DNA of 52,797 nt from positions 1 through 52,797 of the IMG/VR virus record IMGVR_UViG_3300023179_000145. One strand, 5' to 3'. The translations under genes and the position numbers were made by a program. The notes beneath the pieces were generated by a model. It ran no database searches. It was not told the DNA's origin and worked only from the letters and a program-made list of their open reading frames with translations. This document shows positions 28,116 to 37,533 of this stretch, one piece after another; position 1 is the first letter of the stretch; each line of letters begins with the position of its first letter. The DNA is from a virus (lineage: Duplodnaviria > Caudoviricetes).

Positions 28116-28141
28116 TTAGGCTGCTTTCATGCAAGTGGTTT
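28116..28141 (-). pseudogene. Stranded original 3' end of the AAA ATPase gene
   Basis: AA ACC ACT TGC ATG AAA GCA GCC TAA (TTCMKAA*) parallels the current end ACG ACA TGT ATG CGT GCC AGG GGC TAA (TTCMRARG*). Confidence 0.85.
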
Positions 28142-28163
28142 GATGTCTGTCATAAATAATTTT

Positions 28164-28829
28164 ATGAAATTCCTGGACAACAAATATACAAAAACTTATT
28201 TTAACATTATTGCTTCTGCTAACACAAGAGTTATCGAAGGGTATGTTGAAAAACATCATATCATTCCAAAAAGTTTTGGGGGGACGAACCATGCTAATAA
28301 TCTTGTCAAACTTACTGCAAGGGAACATTTTATTTGTCATTTGTTACTAGTCAGAATGACCCAAGGGAGAAATCAAACAAAGATGCTACGGGCAATTCAA
28401 GCATTTGGTAAGTTGAAAAAAACAAACAGATCTCTCACAGCCCGACAGTACCAATTAGCACGAACTCTTACTGCTGATCTTCCTGCATGGAACAAAGGAA
28501 AAACTCTTGCCGACTATACTCCTGAACAAAAAGAGGCACTCCGTAAATCTGGTATTACCAAGAGAGGCAGAACACAAACTGCCGAAGCTAACGCTAAAAG
28601 ATCTGCAACGCAATCCGGAAGACCTGCTCATAACAAAGGTAAACCTATGCCTTTCAAAGGAAGAGTCAGTCCCACCAAAGGTATCACACACCCCAAGAAA
28701 CCATGTCCTCATTGCAGTAAAGAAGTTGCCGCAAATATTATGGCCAAGTATCATGGGGATAGGTGTCAATTTAGCCCCTGGCACGCATACATGTCGTCTC
28801 TGCCAGGCGTTTCCAGTTGCCTTCGCTGA
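28164..28829 (+). CDS. HNH homing endonuclease with NUMOD3-like motifs, antisense at the 3' end of the ATPase
   Basis: EKHHIIPKSFGG...NLVKLTAREHFICHLLL, AWNKG, CPHC. TAAATA 5 nt upstream of ATG 28164. Confidence 0.92.
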   Translation: MKFLDNKYTKTYFNIIASANTRVIEGYVEKHHIIPKSFGGTNHANNLVKLTAREHFICHLLLVRMTQGRNQTKMLRAIQAFGKLKKTNRSLTARQYQLARTLTADLPAWNKGKTLADYTPEQKEALRKSGITKRGRTQTAEANAKRSATQSGRPAHNKGKPMPFKGRVSPTKGITHPKKPCPHCSKEVAANIMAKYHGDRCQFSPWHAYMSSLPGVSSCLR

Positions 28830-29811
28830 GTTTACGCAGATCAGCAATCTTCAATGCCATACGCAGGCTCATCTCACGCAGACGATTTTGATTCTTGTCC
28901 ATAAACTCAATGATTGCATCTTGAGTTTCGGGCTCAAAGTCGTAGTCTGCAAACAGTACACCGTCCTTGGCAATCTGTTTGATACGCAAGATCTTGTCAC
29001 GCATGGTGTCAAGAGTCAAGTCCAAGTAATGGCAACGACTTTGCAGCGCATCCAAGTGATCACGCAGTTTCTGCGACTTCATTGCGTCAAACTTCAAGTT
29101 GGTAATAAAAATTACCGAGCCTTTGAAGTCAAACTGATCTGGAATGCCTTCGCGGCGCAGAGTAGAACTCTCGCTCAACCAAGAAATCTTACGCTTCTTG
29201 CCTGAGTCCAATGCACCCTTCAGCAAGTTCAATGAAACATCGTCTAGTAGAATGCTGTCGCAGTCATCGAACACCAGCACACAGTTTTCGTCGCTGTATT
29301 TGTAAAGAGTCTGATACAGGCCAATTGGAGTTGCACTGCCTTTGACAACTTCTGCACGAAGACGCTTGCCTGCAATCTTGTCAAACAGTGTGGCTTTTTG
29401 GATTTCTTGCTCAACACCAAAGCTCTTGCCCACACCCGGGGGACCTGACACAATCATTGCGCGGATATCGCCGCCGATACAGGCCTTGGACATTTCTGTA
29501 AGGATTTCAAAACGCTCACGGATACGAGTCATTGCTTCTTCTTCAGACTCTGCCAGATTTGCAGTCTTGGCGCTCAGTGTAGGAGCCAGAGGATTCAGTT
29601 CTACCGTATCGCCGTTCACCATTTCATAGTCAGTGATAGCATCGACCAGCACACGGATGTTTTCCGGAAGGTTCTTGCCCAAACTGCCATTGTTCGCAAT
29701 GGTGACATAGCCGCCTTTGGGCCCGGTCTGAAAGCCTGACACCAGCTTGAAGCATTGATTTTTGATAGTTTTGCCGCGATACACGCCGCGAATGATACGA
29801 ATTGCGCTCAT
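28771..29811 (-). CDS. P-loop (AAA-type) ATPase
   Basis: GPPGVGKS, VFDDCD, IFITN, ALQSR. Confidence 0.88.
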   Translation of the reverse strand: MSAIRIIRGVYRGKTIKNQCFKLVSGFQTGPKGGYVTIANNGSLGKNLPENIRVLVDAITDYEMVNGDTVELNPLAPTLSAKTANLAESEEEAMTRIRERFEILTEMSKACIGGDIRAMIVSGPPGVGKSFGVEQEIQKATLFDKIAGKRLRAEVVKGSATPIGLYQTLYKYSDENCVLVFDDCDSILLDDVSLNLLKGALDSGKKRKISWLSESSTLRREGIPDQFDFKGSVIFITNLKFDAMKSQKLRDHLDALQSRCHYLDLTLDTMRDKILRIKQIAKDGVLFADYDFEPETQDAIIEFMDKNQNRLREMSLRMALKIADLRKLSEGNWKRLAETTCMRARG

Positions 29812-29843
29812 GGTTTCTAGCCCCGTTTTGTTAATATGCCACT

Positions 29844-29872
29844 ATTGTAGCAGTTGTTGCATTACTAGTCAA
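29844..29872 (-). promoter_or_regulatory. Sigma70-type early promoter
   Basis: TTGACT-17nt-TACAAT with extended TG. Confidence 0.75.
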
Positions 29873-29974
29873 CTGCTTTTTACAGGATTTTTCCAACTTT
29901 TTCTGCAAAAACTGTGATTTTTTTGCCACATTGTTCGGCAGTGTTTTTGTTGGTATCTTGGTTGACATGCAGCT

Positions 29975-30003
29975 ATTATAGCCGATCATGCAATATCAGT
30001 CAA
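29975..30003 (-). promoter_or_regulatory. Sigma70-type early promoter, tandem with the one at 29844
   Basis: TTGACT-17nt-TATAAT. Confidence 0.75.
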
Positions 30004-30013
30004 CCAAGATAGT

Positions 30014-30832
30014 TTAGCGCCAGTGTTTTTTTATTACAACATCTGTAGTCTCGTGCGGTTTAGGATCTCCATGGAATACCAACACACTATTGTTGGGTTG
30101 TAATACTGTGCCTCGTCCTGGTCGGTTGTAGGTTCTATTTGTGAAATTCATACCGCCGTCTAGTGCAGTCCACCGCCAACTTACAATTCGATCTGAATCC
30201 ATAAATCGACGTTTTTCTGGAGCAATAACTGTTGTGAGATATTCCTGATCACCGCCGTGGTGATATCTGCTGATTATTTTGCTGGCTCCGTGCTGTTCAA
30301 AATTTGACCACACATGAGACCATTTGGTAGTGTCCCAATACATTACAGATGAGTTCATATTTTGTATATCTGGTTTCCATAGCACTCTGAAATCTCGTAT
30401 GGTCCAAAAATAAAACGGGCTAAGGCCCACAATCCAATCTATGTTGTCAACAATCACTGTGTCTAAGTCAAAGTACAACAATTGCCCAGAATGGTGCACT
30501 GGATTGAACATTTGCATTTTGTACCACCAGCTGCGTTTGCGACCACTTATGCCTGTCCATTCTGTCAAATCATGTTTGATCATATGCGGTGGCACCGGCC
30601 GGCTGGGTTCTGTATACACATGCAATCTCACACCACGAGTCAGATGGCGACTCAACATGCTGTGTAATTTTTCTACATAGACCCAGTCATAACCTGAGCC
30701 ATGAATAACGCAGGCACAATCAACAGGTCCTGTTGGGTCTGACACTGTGGGAGCTATATATCCTGGTAGTTTTTTTGCCCGATGTGCTTGTCTCTCAGCA
30801 CGATGCAGATCTTTTTCACGTTGGGTAGCCAC
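30014..30832 (-). CDS. GT-A fold glycosyltransferase
   Basis: WWYK, YFDLD, NSSVM, GDQ, FHGDPKP. Confidence 0.8.
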   Translation of the reverse strand: MATQREKDLHRAERQAHRAKKLPGYIAPTVSDPTGPVDCACVIHGSGYDWVYVEKLHSMLSRHLTRGVRLHVYTEPSRPVPPHMIKHDLTEWTGISGRKRSWWYKMQMFNPVHHSGQLLYFDLDTVIVDNIDWIVGLSPFYFWTIRDFRVLWKPDIQNMNSSVMYWDTTKWSHVWSNFEQHGASKIISRYHHGGDQEYLTTVIAPEKRRFMDSDRIVSWRWTALDGGMNFTNRTYNRPGRGTVLQPNNSVLVFHGDPKPHETTDVVIKKHWR

Positions 30833-30834
30833 GA

Positions 30835-31620
30835 TTATACCGGTGGATTATTCCAATATTCTGGATATTGTTTCAGTATACGTTGTACTGCTTCGGGATA
30901 AATGATGTTTATAGTGTGTGTGGTACATTTATGATTAATTGCAGATATAGTGTCCAGCTGTTTAAATGCTGACAATATTTGTTCAGGGTCTCTGTGTTGA
31001 CTTTCTATGCAACTTACTACTTTATTACGTATAAGATCATCGGTGCCCATCCAGGTCCAATGCCACCCCACTGGAGTTTTTAGCCCCACGCAATGACTAC
31101 GGTCTTTGCGTTTGATGTTTTTTCCTTTGTACAGTTCGTGCGGGGTATCAAACATCCTACGACGTGCTACTACACTTCCTTGCCATCCACGTTCAGCACG
31201 TTGATCAAACTTATACATAAACATTTCAAATCCACAGCTGACTGGACAATCATGATGATTCATCAATGCAATGATATCTGCCCAGCATTCAGGATTGATT
31301 ATCTCGTCGAGATCGCCGTGAATCACAATGTCTTCTGTTGAATATTCTGCCAGCGCAGGTGCAATAGCCTGACGCATCATTGTTTCGCACACAAGGTTAA
31401 TCTGATGTTCTTGTAATTCTAATGTGACAACTTGAATCCTATCTCCATATAGTTTTTGATAACGATCAAGATTGTTTAACAGATTGTAAGGTTTTGCTAT
31501 GCCACTGAAAGTTCTGCTGGCCTCTAGTACCACCCATCGATCTACATAATGGTCGGTGATTGCTAGATGTATATCCAGCATGTCAAACTCGTTGTTGAAT
31601 AACAGTGTATCAATTACCAT
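30835..31620 (-). CDS. Glycosyltransferase family 17-like
   Basis: FNNEFDML, VDRWVVLEA..TFSG..KP, GDLDEI, GWH. Confidence 0.8.
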   Translation of the reverse strand: MVIDTLLFNNEFDMLDIHLAITDHYVDRWVVLEASRTFSGIAKPYNLLNNLDRYQKLYGDRIQVVTLELQEHQINLVCETMMRQAIAPALAEYSTEDIVIHGDLDEIINPECWADIIALMNHHDCPVSCGFEMFMYKFDQRAERGWQGSVVARRRMFDTPHELYKGKNIKRKDRSHCVGLKTPVGWHWTWMGTDDLIRNKVVSCIESQHRDPEQILSAFKQLDTISAINHKCTTHTINIIYPEAVQRILKQYPEYWNNPPV

Positions 31621-31622
31621 GG

Positions 31623-32258
31623 TTAAAATTTATAAATGATCTGGTAAGCATCATACAAAGGTTTGATTCCTTTTGCGTCTAAGTAGTCTGCTATATAATG
31701 GCCTTTTCCAGTACGAGAGTTGGAGTCTAAAAATCTGCTGTTGTCATCTATTACTACCAGAGCACCTGGTTTAAGATGTGGTTCAATTATTTGAAATTCC
31801 ATTAAATGATGCATAGCACTATCGTGATCATTATGCCATTTTACATCGTAACTGTCAAGGTAAAAAAGATCAACGTTGTTCAAATCTAATTGTGTAGCCA
31901 AATATAATACACTATCCATACATGTAGATTCAAAACTGTCAGAGGTGATTGCGTCGCGAGCAGCAGCCACAGCTTCTGGATCTATATCTACACTACGCAC
32001 ACTACCACCATGATGATCCACAAATTCTGTAAACAATCTAGCACTTTGCCCATCTTTCCAATTACCTGGATTTCTCAGTGTGCCAGTTTCGATGATATGA
32101 TATTCAGACTGATCAAGACTTTCAAGATATGAAAACACAAGATTAAATCCTTCAGCACGTTGATATAGTCCTTCTATCAACCCTCGTTTGGCACCACTCA
32201 CTTGGGGAGTTAACAAGTGATAATAGTTATTGCGATAATGTTCGATCCAGGTAGTCAT
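31623..32258 (-). CDS. Class I SAM-dependent methyltransferase
   Basis: IIETG, SVDID, YLDS, LKPGALVVIDD. Confidence 0.8.
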   Translation of the reverse strand: MTTWIEHYRNNYYHLLTPQVSGAKRGLIEGLYQRAEGFNLVFSYLESLDQSEYHIIETGTLRNPGNWKDGQSARLFTEFVDHHGGSVRSVDIDPEAVAAARDAITSDSFESTCMDSVLYLATQLDLNNVDLFYLDSYDVKWHNDHDSAMHHLMEFQIIEPHLKPGALVVIDDNSRFLDSNSRTGKGHYIADYLDAKGIKPLYDAYQIIYKF

Positions 32259-32265
32259 GTGTTAT

Positions 32266-32847
32266 TTAAATTGAATTACTGTGAGCAAATGGTTTTGTTA
32301 TTATCCAGCAACGCCCTGATCTGCTGACTTTGATATCTTGCGGGCCAAAGAAATCCCACACTGCTTGTTGCACACCCGGATATCCTTTGGTATAATCATC
32401 ACCAGCAAATCTAGATCCAGGTCTCAATTTTGGCCACCAAGCCGCAAGATCACTAGCAACGGCTTCATAACTATGCCCAGCATCTACATAACAAAAATCT
32501 ATAGATTGGTCTTTGAAATTATCAGCAGCCTGCCAACTGATCTCACTCAACATTGTTATCTGTTCCATCACTGGAGTTAGATTTTGGCAGAAAATGTTTT
32601 TGAGGTCTTGTACAACATCAACATCATACGCAATCGACTCTTCCCCTTTCCATGTATCTACACAATAGAATGGGCCTAGCTTGTTACGGTTGATCAGTTC
32701 TACTACACAATATGCAGCACTTCGGCCAGTCCAGGATCCTAATTCGACCCACGTGCCACCTGGCGGAAATTGATCTAATACTATATCAAGCATTATAGTA
32801 TTTTTGTGGCTCATAAATCCTTTGATGTTTTGATAGAAGTGATCCAT
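32266..32847 (-). CDS. Methyltransferase (Methyltransf_24-like)
   Basis: VELGSWTGRS, VDTW, YVDAGHSY, LRPG...GDDY. Confidence 0.85.
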   Translation of the reverse strand: MDHFYQNIKGFMSHKNTIMLDIVLDQFPPGGTWVELGSWTGRSAAYCVVELINRNKLGPFYCVDTWKGEESIAYDVDVVQDLKNIFCQNLTPVMEQITMLSEISWQAADNFKDQSIDFCYVDAGHSYEAVASDLAAWWPKLRPGSRFAGDDYTKGYPGVQQAVWDFFGPQDIKVSRSGRCWIITKPFAHSNSI

Positions 32848-32884
32848 TTTTTATTTACCGTTATATACGCCGATAAATATTTCT

Positions 32885-32935
32885 ATGAAAATTGTAATTG
32901 TAACTGGGGGATTTGACCCCAGATTGTATAAATGA
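32885..32935 (+). pseudogene. Stranded original 5' end of the cytidylyltransferase gene
   Basis: MKIVIVTGGFDP-RLYK* behind a TAAATA promoter (32874-32879); parallels MKIVLCTGGFDP at 33641. Confidence 0.88.
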
Positions 32936-32951
32936 ACATACAGGAGGAAGT

Positions 32952-33644
32952 ATGTTTATAGATAACAAATACTCAAAATGCTACTACAATCTCATTGAGC
33001 ATAGAAAAAATAATCCGTTTGACGGATATGTTGAGCAGCATCACATTGTCCCAAAAAGTCTCGGTGGCAGCAATAAAAAAGAAAATATTGTCGCCTTAAC
33101 TGCAAGAGAACATTTTATCTGCCACAGGCTCTTGGTTAAAATGACCAGCGGAAGAAACAAGATGAAGATGTCTTATGCTGTCAGATGTTTGATCAATCGA
33201 GAAAATGCATACCAACAGCGTTACAAAATCAGTTCTCGAACCTATGCTGCAATAATCTTAACTACAAGAAACAGTATTTCCAAATACCAAACTGGAGAAA
33301 ATAATCCATACTATGGAAAAATCCACTCTGAGGAAGTTAGAGCTAAGATGAGAGCCAAACGGGCATTACAAATTATGCCAACTCGAAAAGGAAAAGTGTA
33401 TTCGGAGGAATCGTTAAAGCTATGGCGAGAAGATAATAAAAAACAATTTGAAGATCCAGCTCAAATTGAGATGCGTAAAACACATACGTTGGAGCAAATG
33501 AAAGATCCTAGCCGCCGTTTTGCGGCTGGCAATGGCAAACGCGGAAAAAAATGGTATTATTGCCCTGTAACAAAAAAATGCTCTACATTTTTTCCAGACA
33601 CAGTTCCGCCAGGATATATAGAAGGAAGGATTATTAAAAAATGA
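32952..33644 (+). CDS. HNH homing endonuclease with NUMOD3
   Basis: EQHHIVPKSLGG...NIVALTAREHFICHRLL, GENNPYYGKIHSEE; AGGAGG RBS. Confidence 0.92.
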   Translation: MFIDNKYSKCYYNLIEHRKNNPFDGYVEQHHIVPKSLGGSNKKENIVALTAREHFICHRLLVKMTSGRNKMKMSYAVRCLINRENAYQQRYKISSRTYAAIILTTRNSISKYQTGENNPYYGKIHSEEVRAKMRAKRALQIMPTRKGKVYSEESLKLWREDNKKQFEDPAQIEMRKTHTLEQMKDPSRRFAAGNGKRGKKWYYCPVTKKCSTFFPDTVPPGYIEGRIIKK

Positions 33645-34399
33645 AAATTGTACTCTGCACCGGGGGATTCGATCCATGCCACTCTGGACATATCTCCTAT
33701 CTAGCAGCAGCCCGCCAACTTGGTGATCGGCTGGTAGTGGGAGTAAATTCTGACGCATGGTTAAGCCGTAAAAAAGGTCGACCGTTTATGCCTGCAGTTG
33801 AGCGTGTGGCAGTGATAGAAAATCTACGCATGGTAGATTGCTGTATCCTGTTCAATGACGATGATGGTTCAGGAATTGAAGCCATTCGTGCTGTACAAAG
33901 CATGTATCCCAATGCAGAAATAATCTTTGCCAATGGTGGTGATCGCACAAAAGAAAACATACCCGAAATGGTGTTTGACGATGTGGAGTTTGTGTTTGGG
34001 GTCGGCGGATCAAACAAGGCCAACAGCTCAAGCTGGATTCTTGAAGAATGGAAGAAACCCAAGACTGAACGCACCTGGGGATATTATCGTGTATTACATG
34101 AAGTTGGCTCACATGTAAAACTCAAAGAACTCACCGTGATGCCTGGGCAACGACTCAGTATGCAACGTCATGAAAAACGTGCTGAGTTTTGGTTTGTGGC
34201 CGAAGGTGAAGCCACAGTGTACACCGTGGATCCACACAGTACCGACCGGGAGTTGCTGGCCAGCCCTGCACGGCATCAACACACTTGGATTCGACTAGGA
34301 GAATGGCATCAGCTATGCAACGAAACTGATCAAATACTTAAACTGATCGAAATTCAGTATGGTGAAGATTGTGTAGAAGAAGACATTGAACGCAAATGA
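33641..34399 (+). CDS. Cytidylyltransferase-like (HxGH) domain fused to a mannose-6-P isomerase type II cupin
   Basis: TGGFDPCHSGH, VVGVNSD, FANGGDR; RTWGYY...LSMQRH..RAEFW...IEIQYG. Confidence 0.9.
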   Translation: MKIVLCTGGFDPCHSGHISYLAAARQLGDRLVVGVNSDAWLSRKKGRPFMPAVERVAVIENLRMVDCCILFNDDDGSGIEAIRAVQSMYPNAEIIFANGGDRTKENIPEMVFDDVEFVFGVGGSNKANSSSWILEEWKKPKTERTWGYYRVLHEVGSHVKLKELTVMPGQRLSMQRHEKRAEFWFVAEGEATVYTVDPHSTDRELLASPARHQHTWIRLGEWHQLCNETDQILKLIEIQYGEDCVEEDIERK

Positions 34400-35088
34400 T
34401 GGACATCATACCAGTGTTTGTAGGGTACGACCCTAGAGAAGCAATAGCATTTCATGTATGCACCAACAGCATAATCAGAAATGCCAGCAGACCTGTTAGT
34501 ATTATTCCATTAGCATTGAATTTGTTCAAAGACTACAAGGAAACACACACCGATGGTAGTAATCAATTTATCTACTCAAGATTCTTAGTACCGCATTTGA
34601 TGAGATATAATGGTCATGCTATCTTTATAGATGGTGACATGATTGTGCGCGGTGACATTGCTGAGTTATGGGATTTACGAAATGCCTGGCAAGATGTGCA
34701 AGTGGTCAAGCACGATTATAAAACACGCATGGCCGAAAAGTATCTCGGCAGCAAAAACGAAAACTATCCACGCAAGAACTGGAGCAGTGTGATGTTGTGG
34801 AACTGTAACAGTTATCCTAATCGCAAGCTCACTCCTGAATTCATTGAAAAATCCACAGGTGCGGAGTTACATAGATTTACCTGGCTCGACGATGAGCGCA
34901 TAGGGGAGTTACCTGCTGAATGGAACTGGTTAGATATAGAATACGATTACAATCCTTTGGCAAAACTTGTTCACTATACATTAGGCACACCTTGTTTTCA
35001 CGAGTTTGCTGCCCAAGGTGACTTCTCAAGCGAATGGCATAAAGAACGCATCTTTACAGAATACTGTCAACAAAGAATGGTTGTCTGA
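34396..35088 (+). CDS. Glycosyltransferase (GT8-like)
   Basis: VGYDPRE, FIYSRFLVP, FIDGD, YPRKNWSS, HYTLGTP. Confidence 0.85.
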   Translation: MMDIIPVFVGYDPREAIAFHVCTNSIIRNASRPVSIIPLALNLFKDYKETHTDGSNQFIYSRFLVPHLMRYNGHAIFIDGDMIVRGDIAELWDLRNAWQDVQVVKHDYKTRMAEKYLGSKNENYPRKNWSSVMLWNCNSYPNRKLTPEFIEKSTGAELHRFTWLDDERIGELPAEWNWLDIEYDYNPLAKLVHYTLGTPCFHEFAAQGDFSSEWHKERIFTEYCQQRMVV

Positions 35089-35762
35089 TGATAGGAAGTA
35101 ACAACTTCAACATAGATTGTTTACATTCGGCACAGATCATCAACTGCAAGAACAAAAGTAAACGTGTGCAGCGTAGTAATCATTTAACTCATGCACTACG
35201 CACTATCAACATAACTGGGCACGTGATGGAATTTGGAGTATATCAGGGCAACACACTGAAAATTATTTCTGATTATTTTTCTAATCAAACTGTGTGGGGG
35301 TTTGATAGTTTTGAAGGATTACCCGAACCTTGGTTTTTGAAATCAAAAGTTGGTTCCCGGCGCTCGCAGCATCCTGTGGGGAAATTTGCTCTAGGCCAAG
35401 AGGAACTACAGGTTGTTGTGAATCAGTTTGCAAAAAGAAAAGTAAAACTTGTGCCTGGATGGTTTAATCAGACTATAGGGCCTTGGATGAATGATAATCC
35501 TGGAGTAGTGTCATTTTTACATATAGATTGTGATCTATACAGCAGCACACTAGATATATTAAATTTGTTAAATGATCGCATTGTTCCTGGCTTTGTGATA
35601 GTGTTTGATGAGATGTATCCTTGGAATGATGTTGAACAATACGATCTTTGGGAGCAAGGCAAATTCCGAGCATTAGGCGAATGGATCAGCAATCATCAAC
35701 GTACTTTTCGTACGTTATATCGCAGCGAACATCAACAATGTAGCATTGAGGTAATGTCATGA
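35088..35762 (+). CDS. TylF/MycF-like methyltransferase
   Basis: EFGVYQG, GFDSFEGLPE, GWF, HIDCDLYSS, IVFDE. Confidence 0.87.
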   Translation: MIGSNNFNIDCLHSAQIINCKNKSKRVQRSNHLTHALRTINITGHVMEFGVYQGNTLKIISDYFSNQTVWGFDSFEGLPEPWFLKSKVGSRRSQHPVGKFALGQEELQVVVNQFAKRKVKLVPGWFNQTIGPWMNDNPGVVSFLHIDCDLYSSTLDILNLLNDRIVPGFVIVFDEMYPWNDVEQYDLWEQGKFRALGEWISNHQRTFRTLYRSEHQQCSIEVMS

Positions 35763-36571
35763 GCGGATGGATTTTTCTTAGCAAAGGCGGCAAGGACGAG
35801 TATGTGAACATGCTGGCCCATAGTGCAAAAATGCAACCAACAGATTCAGATTACTTTGATTATCATTATGATGTTGCAGTAGATCATAATCAGCTGGTGC
35901 TACGTGGCATTCTCAAACACAAGATTATGAAACAATGTCTGGCCGATGGCAACAATTTTTATTACATAGATTCAGGGTATGTTGGAAATAATGTAGGTGA
36001 TTTAAATAGGCAAGGTATTAAACAATATCACAGGATAGTGTTGAATGATTTACAACATCGTGTTATAAAACCCAGACCCAGTGATCGCTGGGATATGCTA
36101 GGTGTCAAAATACATCCAAGACGATCAGGTAATAAGATCATTGTGGCGGCACCAGATGAAAAACCTTGCAAATATTACGGCATTGATCAACAACAATGGA
36201 TAGCCGATACTGTAATGGAGATCAAAAAGCACACTGATCGTCCTGTGATAGTGCGTGAACGTGCTCCTAAAAGAGCAGATAGAGTATTTAAAGAACCATT
36301 AAGTCATGTGCTTACACAAGATGTGCATGCCTTGGTTACATTTAATAGTATAGCAGCGGTAGAAAGTATACTGGCAGGTGTTCCTGCGTTTGTGTTAGCG
36401 CCAAGTCATGTGGCAGAACCTGTGGCCAATCGAGATTTATCCAAGATAGAAGATGTGTTCTATCCAGACAACGACTTGTTAATGGCCTGGTGTCACAGTA
36501 TGGCATACGGGCAATATCATGTACGTGAGTTAAAGAATGGAACAGCATTTCGAATGATGCAAGAACTATGA
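35759..36571 (+). CDS. Capsule-biosynthesis-like (GT-B) protein, paralogue 1
   Basis: HTDRPVIVR...LVTFNSIAAVESILAGVP. Confidence 0.6.
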   Translation: MSGWIFLSKGGKDEYVNMLAHSAKMQPTDSDYFDYHYDVAVDHNQLVLRGILKHKIMKQCLADGNNFYYIDSGYVGNNVGDLNRQGIKQYHRIVLNDLQHRVIKPRPSDRWDMLGVKIHPRRSGNKIIVAAPDEKPCKYYGIDQQQWIADTVMEIKKHTDRPVIVRERAPKRADRVFKEPLSHVLTQDVHALVTFNSIAAVESILAGVPAFVLAPSHVAEPVANRDLSKIEDVFYPDNDLLMAWCHSMAYGQYHVRELKNGTAFRMMQEL

Positions 36572-37533
36572 GAGTAATCAGTTACACCGCCACATTGCCT
36601 AAAAAAGAGCAATACACTCCGGAGAGTTTGAAAAACGCCACAGACAAAGTTAACACATTAACTTATTTTTCGCAAGGGGTAAATGCACAAGGTGACCAGG
36701 GTATTGTTGAAACCAACATGACTTATCAACCCAGCGAAGTAGCTGTGATTCTAGGCTGGGTGCATGAACATGGTAAGACTGCTGCACATCTACAATTCCG
36801 CCAAGAGATCCTGGATGGGCAACGTGCAACCGGCGGCAGAACTGTTATAGCAGACAGTAATCTGTTTTTGTACAAGAACAAAGATAATCCCGGATATTGG
36901 TTGCGTTATAGTTATGATGGCATTTTTGCCAATACTGGTGAATACTGTGATCAGTCACCAGATCCTGCTAGGTGGGCAATGATACAAGCACAATGTGGAG
37001 TTCAACTGCAACCTTGGCGGCATACAGGTAACCATATCTTAATTTGTTTACAACGTGATGGTGGGTGGAGCATGGGTGGATGGAATGTGATAGACTGGGC
37101 ATTAAAAACCATAATTGACATACGTAAGTATAGTGATCGGCCAATACGTATCAGACCTCACCCTGGAGACAAGAAGGCTAGAAAATATTGTGAAAGATTA
37201 ATGAAATTATGCCAAGGCCGAGGATTAAAAGAACTAGGAATCAGTATACAAGGTCATAGTCTGGTGGATGATCTTACCGACTGCTGGGTGGTAGTAAATC
37301 ACAACTCCAGTCCAGGTGTGGCAGCAGTGATTCAGGGCATTCCTGTGATATTAACTGACCCGCTACACAGTCAAGCACATGATGTGGCCACAGTGGGCAT
37401 ACACTGTGTGGAAAATCCACTCATGCCTGACAGAACCAATTGGATACAGCGCATCAGTCAATTTCATTGGAGTCACGAAGAGTTACGCACAGGAGTATGC
37501 TGGGAACACATGCGGAAATGGGCAATAAAATGA
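36568..37533 (+). CDS. Capsule-biosynthesis-like (GT-B) protein, paralogue 2
   Basis: SDRPIRIRPHP...VVNHNSSPGVAAVIQGIP. Confidence 0.6.
   Translation: MRVISYTATLPKKEQYTPESLKNATDKVNTLTYFSQGVNAQGDQGIVETNMTYQPSEVAVILGWVHEHGKTAAHLQFRQEILDGQRATGGRTVIADSNLFLYKNKDNPGYWLRYSYDGIFANTGEYCDQSPDPARWAMIQAQCGVQLQPWRHTGNHILICLQRDGGWSMGGWNVIDWALKTIIDIRKYSDRPIRIRPHPGDKKARKYCERLMKLCQGRGLKELGISIQGHSLVDDLTDCWVVVNHNSSPGVAAVIQGIPVILTDPLHSQAHDVATVGIHCVENPLMPDRTNWIQRISQFHWSHEELRTGVCWEHMRKWAIK

Noticed and set aside
29833-29970. 45-aa ORF between the tandem sigma70 promoters
   Set aside because: Runs through A-tract promoter sequence and the second promoter; no coding evidence.
32921-33640. Group I intron in the cytidylyltransferase gene
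   Set aside because: Only about 30 non-coding nt, no room for a ribozyme core, and the downstream gene already has a complete N-terminus.
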